From positions 1-14,008 of the forward strand of contig JBHIAT010000091.1 in NCBI GenBank assembly GCA_046758705.1: 14,008 bases of DNA. The letters run 5' to 3'. Shown here one piece after another: positions 5,661 through 14,008 of this stretch. Positions within the stretch are counted from its first letter, which is position 1, and each line of letters begins with the position of its first letter. Made by a program: the position numbers and the translations under genes. Source of the stretch: Candidatus Bipolaricaulia bacterium (GTDB lineage Bacteria > Bipolaricaulota > Bipolaricaulia > JBHIAT01). Below the pieces are notes generated by a model. That model made no database searches. It saw only the letters and a program-made list of their open reading frames with translations, and was not told the origin of the DNA.

Positions 5661-7217
5661 TTAGTGCTTGTTCCCCAGACCCAGCAACTGCTTCCCCGCG
5701 TCACGCAACGCCTCCAGCGCCCGCGCCGCCGCTTCGGGACCTTGCTTTGAGGTGGCTTCGGTGTACAGTCGGGCGACCGGCTCGGTCCCCGAAAGTCGAA
5801 CCAACAACCAGCTCTTGTCTTCAAACAGGAACTTCCAGCCGTCCACGGCAATCGACCGGGCGACCGGCTTCCCGGCGATTTCCACCGTGCCTCCGGTTGC
5901 CACCTCCTCAACCAACCGATCGAACCGCTCTGGGATCTCATCTCGCAGCCGATCGGTCAACGGGATGTTGTCCCGATGATAAACATAATAACCGACCTGC
6001 TGCTGGATCTCATCCAGATGCTGTTTCAGCGATTTCCCGGTGCGGGCCACGATCTCGGCGGCCAGCACCCCGGCGAGGATTCCGTCCTTCTCCAGCACCC
6101 AATCCCGGATCGAAAGCCCGCCACTTTCCTCACCGGCCAGGATCACCGGGTGACCGCTCCCCGGTCTCAGGTGGTCGGTGAACCACTTGAACCCGACCGC
6201 CGTCTCGTAGATCGGGATGCCGAGCGATTCGGCAACCGCGTTGATCAGGTCGGTGGTCGCCACCGACTTGGCGGCACCGCCGCGATAGCCCCGCACCTCA
6301 TACAGATACCGGAGTGCGATCGCAATGAACTGGTTGGGCGTGATGTAACTTCCGTCGCGATCGACGATCCCGAACCGGTCGACGTCCGGATCTCCAGCGA
6401 TACCGAGCGCTTGACCTGAAGCACGTTTCACCCGATCGATCAACTCCCCGAGATGTGCCTCGGCCGGCTCGGGAGAGAGTCCCCTGAAGTCGGGATCGGG
6501 GGTCGCATGGAGGATATCCTCTTGGGATCCCCCGAGCGCTTCGAAAATCCACTGATAGGCACGGATTCCCGCGCCGTTCATCGGGTCGGCGATGAGCCGA
6601 AGGTCGGATCCCCGGATCGTGTCAAAGTCGATCACACGCTTGAGATCGTCGAGGTAGGCGGGCAATAAGTCGACTTCAGCAATCTTTCCGCTCCGGACTG
6701 CCGCCTCGTAATCCTGGTACAGGCGGATCTCAGGGTGTTTCCGCTTCATGTATCCGTTGGTGCGGCGCTCAATCTCATCGGTGATCGCCTTGCCCGCCGG
6801 GCCTCCGTGAGCCGGGTTGAACTTGATCCCGTTCCAGTTTCCCGGGTTGTGGCTGGCGGTGAGATTGATCCCGCCGACGGCCTGATGATGGGTGATCGCG
6901 TGAGAGATGACCGGGGTCGGTGTATAGGCTTTGCCGACAACCGGGTCGAGGCCGTGGGCGGCGAGGATGACGGCTGCCCGCTGGATGCCCTCCTCGCCGA
7001 GCGTCCGCGGGTCTCGCCCCAGGATAATGCTCCCGGTAAGGCCCTGATCATTGAGACAGTCGGCGATGGCTTGGACGACCAGGCCGATGTTCTCGGGCGT
7101 GAACGCCTCACCGATGACCGCCCGCCAGCCACTGGTTCCGAACGAGACATTTACCGGCTTCCAGTCTGTCTCCCGGCTCAACCTGAGCGTGATCGGTTCG
7201 TGATCCATCTCTGTCAT
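5661..7217 (-). CDS. pgm: Phosphoglucomutase/phosphomannomutase (alpha-D-phosphohexomutase)
   Basis: FGTSGWR, TASHNP phosphoserine loop, GDPDVDR metal loop, AGEESGG sugar loop, RLSGTEP; strong purine-rich RBS. Confidence 0.93.
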   Translation of the reverse strand: MTEMDHEPITLRLSRETDWKPVNVSFGTSGWRAVIGEAFTPENIGLVVQAIADCLNDQGLTGSIILGRDPRTLGEEGIQRAAVILAAHGLDPVVGKAYTPTPVISHAITHHQAVGGINLTASHNPGNWNGIKFNPAHGGPAGKAITDEIERRTNGYMKRKHPEIRLYQDYEAAVRSGKIAEVDLLPAYLDDLKRVIDFDTIRGSDLRLIADPMNGAGIRAYQWIFEALGGSQEDILHATPDPDFRGLSPEPAEAHLGELIDRVKRASGQALGIAGDPDVDRFGIVDRDGSYITPNQFIAIALRYLYEVRGYRGGAAKSVATTDLINAVAESLGIPIYETAVGFKWFTDHLRPGSGHPVILAGEESGGLSIRDWVLEKDGILAGVLAAEIVARTGKSLKQHLDEIQQQVGYYVYHRDNIPLTDRLRDEIPERFDRLVEEVATGGTVEIAGKPVARSIAVDGWKFLFEDKSWLLVRLSGTEPVARLYTEATSKQGPEAAARALEALRDAGKQLLGLGNKH

Positions 7218-7278
7218 TCCTCCTCCCCTCGAAAACTACCCTGATCAGACCTCAGTTGTCAACCATCACGATCCCCAG

Positions 7279-7307
7279 TTGCAAAAAGTTTGTTCTGCGG
7301 CTATATT
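7279..7307 (+). promoter_or_regulatory. sigma70-type promoter (TTGCAA-N17-TATATT) for the GH57 gene
   Basis: TTGCAA at 7279-7284, 17-nt spacer, TATATT at 7302-7307, in the divergent intergenic region. Confidence 0.6.
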
Positions 7308-7322
7308 GGCATCATTATAACC

Positions 7323-9509
7323 ATGTCCAGGCTTGACTTCATCTTCGGAATTCATTGCCATCAGCCCGTTGGCAACTTTGACTATGTGTTCGAGGCCGCC
7401 TATCAGGACGCTTATCTGCCGTTCATCGAGACACTGGAGCGCTACCCGGAGGTGAAGGTCACCCTCCACTACACCGGACCGCTCCTCGAGTACTTCGAGG
7501 CCGAACAACCGGAGTTCCTGGATCGGTTGGCGGCGCTGGTTGCTGCGGGGCAGGTCGAGATCCTGAGCGGTGGGTTCTACGAGCCGATCCTGTCGGTAAT
7601 TCCGGAGACAGACCGTCAAGGACAGATAGCCCTGCTGTCGGAGTATCTTGAGACGCGGTTCGATCAACCCCCGCAGGGGATGTGGCTGGCGGAGCGGGTC
7701 TGGGAGCCTCAGCTGCCGAGCACACTCACCCGCGCCAGGATCCGGTACCTGCCGATCGATGACTTCCACTTCAAGCGGGCGGGCCTTGAGGACGAGGAGC
7801 TGTTCGGTCATTACCTGACCGAGGATCTCAACCGGACCGTCTCGGTCTTCCCGATTAACGAGAAGCTCCGTTATATGATCCCGTTCCGCTTGGTTGAGAA
7901 GGTGATCGAGTTCCTCAAACAGATCCAGAAACACGGTGCCACGCTGGTGACCATGATCGATGACGGTGAGAAGTTCGGCGTCTGGCCAGGGACGAGGAAA
8001 TGGGTCTACGAGGAGGGCTGGCTCGACCTGTTTTTCAAAACGCTCACCGAGAACCGAGATTGGCTGCATACCTGTACCCTAGGAGAGGGCTATCGGGAGC
8101 ATGCGGCGCTCGGCCGGGTCTATCTGCCAACCACCGCCTACTTTGAGCTGACCGAGTGGGCGATGCCTGCTACCACCGGACGGGAGCTCGAGGATCTCCA
8201 GAAGCAGCTCGATGACCAACTTGAGACCTATCGACCGTTCCTGGCCGGGGGGTTTTGGAGGAATTTTCTGGCGAAGTACCCGGAGAGTAACCACATGCAC
8301 AAGCGGATGCTCCGCACCAGCCGGCGGCTCGCCGAACTCCAGGTGCAGGGCTACTCGGTCGCTGAGCTTGCCGAGGCCCATCGCGCGCTCTACCGGGCTC
8401 AAAGCAACGATCCCTACTGGCACGGGGTCTTCGGCGGGCTCTACCTCAGCCATCTCCGCGATGCTACCTATCGTCACCTCATCGAGGCGGATCGCGCCCT
8501 CGATCGGCTCACCCGTCAGGAGGAGCACTGGGTCGAAGCAAAAGCTGAGGACTGTGACGGCGATCTAAACGATGAGATCCTGGTCGACACCGACCAACTG
8601 TTCGCTATGTTCAAGCCCACTGATGGCGGCGTGCTCGTCGAGCTCGACGATAAGATCCAGGGGTTCAACCATCTCAACACCCTGACCCGACGGGAGGAGA
8701 TCTACCACCGTGAAATCATCGAGCGAGACCAGTCGACCGTCTCGGCCGCGGAGTCGGAAGGCGAAGGCGAAGGTGGATCAGAGGCAGCGAGCATTCACGA
8801 GATCGCCAAGGAGATCAACGCGTCCCTGGTGGAAGCGTTGATCTACGACCGATACCGGCGCAGCTCGGTTATCGACCATTTCCTTCCCGTCGATACCGAT
8901 CTGGAGGCGTTGATGAAGAACGACTACCGGGAGCTGGGTGATTTCACCATCGCCCCCTACCGCCACCGGATCATCAGCGACGCCGACGCCGATGCCACCT
9001 CAATCGAGCTCACCCGGGACGGTGGCGTCTCTGGCAGCTCGATCACGTTAAAGAAACGGGCTCGGTTCTATCCGAGGATGCGCGGTTTCGATTTGGACTG
9101 GGAGCTGGTGAACCGATCGGAGGCGACCCTGGAGGTGAAGTACGGTGTGGAGTTCAACTTCTCAATGCTGGCCGGGGATGCTCTGGATCGCTTCTACCTC
9201 ATCGACGGGGCCAAACCAGATAACGGGCGGTTCGCCAGCGTCGGCGCCTCGGAGGGGGTCGAGGAGGTCCGGTTGGTCAACGATTGGGATCGGTTTGCTA
9301 TTGTGCTCTGCCTGAACCGAACCGGAGGGCTGTGGCGGTTTCCGATCGAGACGGTGAGCAGCTCTGAGGCGGGATTCGAACGCGTTTATCAATCCTCGTG
9401 TCTGATCTTCCACTGGGACATTCATCTGGAACCGGGTGCCCGATGGGAGATGGGTATCCGTTATGAGATCGTCGCGCTCGATCCCGGTGAAGTGAATCAG
9501 ACAGGTTGA
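7323..9509 (+). CDS. GH57 4-alpha-glucanotransferase / alpha-amylase (AmyA-like, with C-terminal beta-sandwich region)
   Basis: HCHQPVGN, GGFYEPIL, GMWLAERVW (nucleophile Glu), DDGEKFGVWPGT (acid/base Asp), QSNDPYWHGVFGGLY, SEAGFERVYQ. Start placed at MSRLDF. Confidence 0.92.
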   Translation: MSRLDFIFGIHCHQPVGNFDYVFEAAYQDAYLPFIETLERYPEVKVTLHYTGPLLEYFEAEQPEFLDRLAALVAAGQVEILSGGFYEPILSVIPETDRQGQIALLSEYLETRFDQPPQGMWLAERVWEPQLPSTLTRARIRYLPIDDFHFKRAGLEDEELFGHYLTEDLNRTVSVFPINEKLRYMIPFRLVEKVIEFLKQIQKHGATLVTMIDDGEKFGVWPGTRKWVYEEGWLDLFFKTLTENRDWLHTCTLGEGYREHAALGRVYLPTTAYFELTEWAMPATTGRELEDLQKQLDDQLETYRPFLAGGFWRNFLAKYPESNHMHKRMLRTSRRLAELQVQGYSVAELAEAHRALYRAQSNDPYWHGVFGGLYLSHLRDATYRHLIEADRALDRLTRQEEHWVEAKAEDCDGDLNDEILVDTDQLFAMFKPTDGGVLVELDDKIQGFNHLNTLTRREEIYHREIIERDQSTVSAAESEGEGEGGSEAASIHEIAKEINASLVEALIYDRYRRSSVIDHFLPVDTDLEALMKNDYRELGDFTIAPYRHRIISDADADATSIELTRDGGVSGSSITLKKRARFYPRMRGFDLDWELVNRSEATLEVKYGVEFNFSMLAGDALDRFYLIDGAKPDNGRFASVGASEGVEEVRLVNDWDRFAIVLCLNRTGGLWRFPIETVSSSEAGFERVYQSSCLIFHWDIHLEPGARWEMGIRYEIVALDPGEVNQTG

Positions 9510-9534
9510 CAATCCTGACATTTGCTGCTAGTTT
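9506..9534 (+). promoter_or_regulatory. Internal sigma70 promoter TTGACA-N17-TAGTTT with extended -10 TG, for galT-like/glgA/branching enzyme
   Basis: Consensus -35 TTGACA (9506-9511, overlapping the GH57 stop), TGc at 9526-9528, TAGTTT at 9529-9534, RBS GGAGGAG downstream. Confidence 0.65.
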
Positions 9535-9581
9535 ACCTTAATTGGGAATAATAGAGAGTAAGAATACGGAGGAGCACCGAG

Positions 9582-10649
9582 ATGCCTGAGCTGAGACGGG
9601 ATCCAATCACCGACTGGTGGGTGATCATCGCCAAGGAACGGAGTAAACGTCCTTCTGATTTTGCTTCCCATGAGGAGCATCATCTGAACGAGGCCGAAAG
9701 CTGCGCGTTCTGCGAGGGGCACGGGGGTATGACCCCCAAGGAGATCTATGCGATCCGGGAGGACGGTTCGAAGCCGAACACCCCGGGTTGGCAGGTTCGG
9801 GTCGTGCCGAACAAATACCCGGCGCTCATCATCGAGGGGGACATGAACCGGACCGGAATCGGGATCCTCGATATGATGAACGGCGTCGGCGCCCATGAGG
9901 TGATCATTGAAACACCGTGCCACAACTGCGATCTGACCGACCTGTCGATCGACCACATCGTCAAAGTGCTGAAGACCTACAGCGTACGGATCAAAGATCT
10001 CCACGAGGACGATCGGTTCCGTTACGTGCTCGTCTTCCGAAACTACGGCCGCTCGGCAGGCGCGTCGCTTTCCCATCCACACTCCCAGTTGATCGCCACG
10101 CCGGTCACCCCCAACCTGATGCGGACCAAACTGAGGATCGCCCGAGACCATTACCATCAGAAGGAACGCTGTATCTACTGTGACATCATCCAACAGGAGC
10201 TGGAACGTGAGGAGCGGATCATCTCTGCCGATGAGCACTATGTGGTCTGGTCCCCATTCGCGGCGAGATTCCCGTTCGAAACGCACATCTACCCAAGGGA
10301 ACATTCCCACGATTTCACCGAGGATCAGGGTGAAAAACAGTATCATCTGGCTCGCACCCTCAAGGATATCCTGCTGCGCCTCCAAATCTCTCTCAACCAT
10401 CCCGGCTATAACTTCATGATCCATACCTCGCCGAATCTGACCCCCAGGCTGGGCAAGCCCGATTACTGGGGGACGATCGAACAGGATTTTCACTGGCATA
10501 TCGAGATCATCCCCCGGCTGACCCAGGTCGCCGGTTTTGAGTGGGGGACCGGCTTCTACATCAACCCGACCCCGCCCGAAGAGGTCGCAAACTACTTGCA
10601 GGAGATCGACACCTCGGAGCAGATCGAGGATGTGGTGGAAGAGGCATGA
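9582..10649 (+). CDS. galT: GalT-family (HIT superfamily) hexose-1-phosphate nucleotidyltransferase, glycogen-cluster-associated
   Basis: MPELRRDP..WVIIA.ERSKRP N-terminus, CAFCEG, VPNKYPAL, GAHEVIIE, GASLSHPHSQ (HxHxQ), CIYC, FHWHIEI.PRL...AGFEWGTG. Confidence 0.9.
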   Translation: MPELRRDPITDWWVIIAKERSKRPSDFASHEEHHLNEAESCAFCEGHGGMTPKEIYAIREDGSKPNTPGWQVRVVPNKYPALIIEGDMNRTGIGILDMMNGVGAHEVIIETPCHNCDLTDLSIDHIVKVLKTYSVRIKDLHEDDRFRYVLVFRNYGRSAGASLSHPHSQLIATPVTPNLMRTKLRIARDHYHQKERCIYCDIIQQELEREERIISADEHYVVWSPFAARFPFETHIYPREHSHDFTEDQGEKQYHLARTLKDILLRLQISLNHPGYNFMIHTSPNLTPRLGKPDYWGTIEQDFHWHIEIIPRLTQVAGFEWGTGFYINPTPPEEVANYLQEIDTSEQIEDVVEEA

Positions 10650-12169
10650 ATGGGGGAGAGTTAAACGTGTTGATGGTGGCCTCTGAGGGTGCCCCGTTCG
10701 CCAAGACCGGCGGATTGGCCGATGTCGTCGGGGCGCTGCCCGAGGCGCTCCACGCGCTAGGACATGACATCCGGGTGATGCTGCCGTATTACCGGATGGT
10801 GTCGACGAACCTTCGGGATCTGGGGCTCGAGCTGGAGAGGCAGGATGAGATTGAGGTCCCCATCGGGGGGAAACCGGTCCAGGGGACCATCTACCGGGGA
10901 ACCTTCCCCGACACGAGCATCCCAACCTACTTCGTTGCCGTCGACCGTTACTACGATCGCGATGAACTCTACGGGGAAGGCAAAGACAATTATCCGGACA
11001 ACCTGGAGCGGTTCGTCTTCCTGGATCGGGCAGCGCTGGGGTTGGTCGATCGACTCGATTGGGTCCCCGATGTGATCCATTGCCATGACTGGCAGACGGC
11101 CCTGATCCCCGTCTACCTGAAGACCCACTACCGAAATGATTCCCGGTGGTCACGGGTCGCCACCCTGTATACCATCCATAACCTCGCCTATCAAGGGACA
11201 TTCGATGCAACCGAGGCCAACGCGAGGATCATCGACCTCGATCCCGTTCCGGAGGCGCTGCTCATGACAATGAATTCCGAAATGGAGGAAAGGATCAATC
11301 TGATGGCCGGCGGGATCCGGTATGTGGACCTGCTGAACACGGTGAGCGAACGCTACAGTCGCGAGATCCAGACCAAGGAGTACGGAGCCGGTCTCCATGA
11401 GATGCTCGCCGGCCGGGCCGATGATCTGTACGGGGTGTTAAACGGCGTCGACTACGATATCTGGAACCCGGCAACCGATCCGCTCATCCCGACGCACTAC
11501 GATCGGGACCGCCTGGAGGGAAAACGGGAGAACAAAAGGCAGCTACAACGGGAGAACCGTCTCGTTGAGGATCCGGGGATTCCGCTCATCGGCGCGATCT
11601 CGCGTCTCGCGGGGCAGAAGGGATTCGACCTCGTCGTCGACGCCATCGATGAGATCGTCGACCTCGGAGCGCAGTTCGTGCTGCTCGGGACCGGGGATTC
11701 CAATCTGCACCGTGCCTTCGAGAAGATTGCCGATCGCCACGTCGGCGCTGTAGGGATCAATCTGGAGTACAACGAGCGCAAGGCCCATGAGATCGAGGCC
11801 GGTAGTGACATGTTCCTGATGCCCTCCCGCTACGAACCCTGTGGCTTAAACCAGATGTACAGCTTGAGGTACGGCACCGTCCCGATCGTACGGGCTACCG
11901 GTGGGCTGGACGACACGATCCAGAATTACGATCCGGCCACCGGCGTGGGAAATGGTTTCAAGTTCCATAAATACACCAAGGAGGCGTTGCTCGACGCGGT
12001 AAGGTGGGCTCTGGAGGTCTATCGGAGTCAGGAGCAGGAGACGTGGCGGAAGCTGATGATCCGTGGGATGGAGGCCGATCATTCGTGGTCGGCCTCGGCG
12101 GGACGCTACGTCGCGCTCTATGAACGGGCAATCGCCAAGCTGAAACAGGGAGAAGGAGTGCCAACATGA
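10646..12169 (+). CDS. glgA: Glycogen synthase (GT5)
   Basis: KTGGLADV, IHCHDWQ, TIHNLAYQG, SRLAGQKG, MPSRYEPCGLNQ, TGGLDDT. ATG at 10646 overlaps the galT stop (ATGA). Confidence 0.95.
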   Translation: MNGGELNVLMVASEGAPFAKTGGLADVVGALPEALHALGHDIRVMLPYYRMVSTNLRDLGLELERQDEIEVPIGGKPVQGTIYRGTFPDTSIPTYFVAVDRYYDRDELYGEGKDNYPDNLERFVFLDRAALGLVDRLDWVPDVIHCHDWQTALIPVYLKTHYRNDSRWSRVATLYTIHNLAYQGTFDATEANARIIDLDPVPEALLMTMNSEMEERINLMAGGIRYVDLLNTVSERYSREIQTKEYGAGLHEMLAGRADDLYGVLNGVDYDIWNPATDPLIPTHYDRDRLEGKRENKRQLQRENRLVEDPGIPLIGAISRLAGQKGFDLVVDAIDEIVDLGAQFVLLGTGDSNLHRAFEKIADRHVGAVGINLEYNERKAHEIEAGSDMFLMPSRYEPCGLNQMYSLRYGTVPIVRATGGLDDTIQNYDPATGVGNGFKFHKYTKEALLDAVRWALEVYRSQEQETWRKLMIRGMEADHSWSASAGRYVALYERAIAKLKQGEGVPT

Positions 12170-13887
12170 CCCACAATGAACGACCTAGCTTCACGATGGT
12201 TCTCCATTCCCATATCCCCTACGTCCTCAATCACGGCCGCTGGCCCCATGGGACCGATTGGCTGAACGAGGCGACTGCCGGGAGCTACATACCGTTGCTC
12301 AACGTGCTTAACCGGCTGGTCGATGAGGGGATCTCGCCGAAGCTCACCCTGGGGATCACCCCGGTCTTGGCCGAGCAGTTCGCCGATGCCGGATTCCGAA
12401 CTGAGTTCTCGAGTTATCTGCGGAATAAGATCGAGGTGGCGGAGGAGAACGCCCGGGAGTTTGAGCACAGCGGCATGGAGGAGATGAACGCGTTGGCCGA
12501 GTCGTGGCAGACCCATTTCACCGAGTTGCAGCATGCGTTCGAGGACCGGTACGGCGGTGATCTGGTGGGGGCGTTCAAAGCGCTCCAAGACGAAGGTCAT
12601 ATCGAGATCCTCACCTCAGCGGCGACTCATGGCTACTTTCCGCTTCTGAGCGAGGATGTGAGCATCGATGCCCAGATCAAATGCGGCGTTTCAGCTTACC
12701 AAAGGCATTTCGGACGCGCCCCGCGGGGGCTCTGGCCGCCGGAGCTTGCCTACCGTCCAGAGTACGAATGGACCCCACCAGTGAGCCATCCGAAGCGGAA
12801 GGGAAGCTATCCGAGGAAAGGCGTGGAGCGTCTGCTCTCGGAGAACCGGATCGAGTACTTCCTCATTGACACCCCGCTGCTCAAGGGGGGCAAGTCCATC
12901 GGCGTCTACCTCGCTCGGTTCAAAGCGCTCCAGCAACTGTGGGAGCAGTTCGAAGCGCAGTACCAACCTCGCGAGCAGATTGAGAAGTCCCCTTATCGAC
13001 CGTATCTCGTCGGCGGAGGTGCGGAGATCACCCCGGTGGCGATCTTCACCCGGGATTCGGAGATCGGGCTCCAGGTGTGGAGTGGCGAGTGGGGCTATCC
13101 CGGGGACGCGTGGTACCTGGATTTCCACAAGAAGCACTTCCCCGGCGGTCACCGCTACTGGCGGGTGATCAGCAGTAAGGCCGACTTGGCGGACAAGGAA
13201 ATCTACAACCCCCAGATGGCCCGGGAGCGCGTCGTGGAGAATGCTTCCCACTTCGTCCATCTGGCGGCAGAGATCCTGAACCAGCGTGGACCCCAAGACG
13301 AACCCGGCATCCTGGTGGCCCCGTTTGACACCGAGCTGTTCGGCCACTGGTGGTTTGAAGGGGTGGAGTTTCTCTATCTGGTTCTGAAGCAACTGGGAGA
13401 GCGGGAGGAGGTCACGCTCGTCACCTGTGGTGAGTACCTGGATCGCTACCCACCGAACGAAATCGTTGCGCTGCCCGAGGGTTCCTGGGGTGAGGGTGGG
13501 TTCCACTGGATCTGGTTGAACGAATGGACCGAGTGGACTTGGGAACGGATCTACGACGCCGAGGTCGAGATGATTGATCTGGCCGGGGAGTACGCGGGGA
13601 TCCCCGACGGAACGCTTCAGGAGATCCTGAAGCAGGCTGGCAGGGAGCTGTTACTCCTCCAGGCTTCCGATTGGCAGTTCCTGATCTCGACCTGGAGCGC
13701 TCGGGATTACGCCGAGATGCGCTTCTCCAGGCACTACGAGGATTTCGAACGTCTGGCCCGGATGGCACGAACCTATCAGGAAACCGGGAATCTCGACGCG
13801 GGGGACCGAGGTTTTCTAGAGGAGTGCATGGACCGGGACCGAGTGTTCTCAGACGTCAATCCCGCCTGGTGGGCCCCGGACGAGTAG
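12166..13887 (+). CDS. GH57 1,4-alpha-glucan branching enzyme
   Basis: LHSHIPYV, ATHGYFPL, GLWPPE (nucleophile), APFDTELFGHWWFEG (acid/base), QASDWQF. ATGA overlap with glgA. Confidence 0.92.
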   Translation: MTHNERPSFTMVLHSHIPYVLNHGRWPHGTDWLNEATAGSYIPLLNVLNRLVDEGISPKLTLGITPVLAEQFADAGFRTEFSSYLRNKIEVAEENAREFEHSGMEEMNALAESWQTHFTELQHAFEDRYGGDLVGAFKALQDEGHIEILTSAATHGYFPLLSEDVSIDAQIKCGVSAYQRHFGRAPRGLWPPELAYRPEYEWTPPVSHPKRKGSYPRKGVERLLSENRIEYFLIDTPLLKGGKSIGVYLARFKALQQLWEQFEAQYQPREQIEKSPYRPYLVGGGAEITPVAIFTRDSEIGLQVWSGEWGYPGDAWYLDFHKKHFPGGHRYWRVISSKADLADKEIYNPQMARERVVENASHFVHLAAEILNQRGPQDEPGILVAPFDTELFGHWWFEGVEFLYLVLKQLGEREEVTLVTCGEYLDRYPPNEIVALPEGSWGEGGFHWIWLNEWTEWTWERIYDAEVEMIDLAGEYAGIPDGTLQEILKQAGRELLLLQASDWQFLISTWSARDYAEMRFSRHYEDFERLARMARTYQETGNLDAGDRGFLEECMDRDRVFSDVNPAWWAPDE

Positions 13888-13905
13888 AGAGGTCTGGGAA
13901 TCGGG

Positions 13906-14007
13906 TCACTGTTTCTGATGCTGAAGCACCTCTTCCAGAGAAGTGATGCCGCCGATGACCTTGCGCAGGCCATCCTCGATGAAGGGGGTCATCCCACCGT
14001 TGATCGC
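13906..14007 (-). CDS. 3' end (partial) of a GspE/PilB-family secretion/pilus ATPase
   Basis: Minus frame AINGGMTPFIEDGLRKVIGGITSLEEVLQHQKQ* matches the characteristic GM....DGL.KV..G.TSLEEV C-terminus; truncated by the window edge. Confidence 0.8.
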   Translation of the reverse strand, partial: AINGGMTPFIEDGLRKVIGGITSLEEVLQHQKQ

Positions 14008-14008
14008 T

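Noticed and set aside
7266-8069. 267-aa minus-strand ORF (likewise 12691-13506, 1854-2525, 4555-5184)
   Set aside because: Antisense to well-supported genes; no recognisable family features
8757-8774. (GAAGGC)-type short tandem repeat in the GH57 gene
   Set aside because: Only three units encoding EGEGEG in an acidic loop; ordinary low-complexity linker
10541-10645. Longer N-termini from the ORF track for glgA (10541), GH57 (7290), paralog A (3671) and the Met/His gene (3388)
   Set aside because: Downstream ATGs fit the RBS, ATGA coupling, promoter position or family N-terminus better
9528-11210. 560-aa minus-strand ORF
   Set aside because: Antisense shadow of galT-like and glgA; no motifs, and long shadow ORFs are typical of GC-rich DNA
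1-14008. CRISPR arrays, tRNA/rRNA, riboswitches, transposases, selenocysteine read-through in the redox genes
   Set aside because: No spaced repeats, RNA-gene signatures or mobile-element ORFs seen; the redox motifs are intact Cys codons with no in-frame TGA

Overview
GC-rich bacterial window with two modules. Left (1-5655): a redox and membrane cluster with a glutaredoxin/NrdH-like redoxin plus thioredoxin reductase, a type II NADH dehydrogenase, a Met/His-rich 4-TM protein, and three tandem paralogous Met-rich membrane proteins built from five copies (1+2+2) of one two-helix repeat. Three promoters in this module share the exact architecture TGTAA-N6-TTACA-N21-TAN3T (= GTA-N8-TAC-N22-TAN3T), pointing to a CRP/FNR-type class II regulon. 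Two of the control regions look like copies of one ancestral divergent-promoter region. A probable 6-phosphogluconolactonase C-terminal remnant before ndh suggests the membrane cassette was inserted into an older sugar-phosphate operon. Right (5661-13887): an alpha-glucan/glycogen cluster with phosphoglucomutase, GH57 4-alpha-glucanotransferase/amylase, GalT-like nucleotidyltransferase, glgA and GH57 branching enzyme, with no glgC or GH13 gene in view. The 3' end of a GspE/PilB-type ATPase enters at the right edge. All assignments come from motif recognition by eye; no database searches were run.
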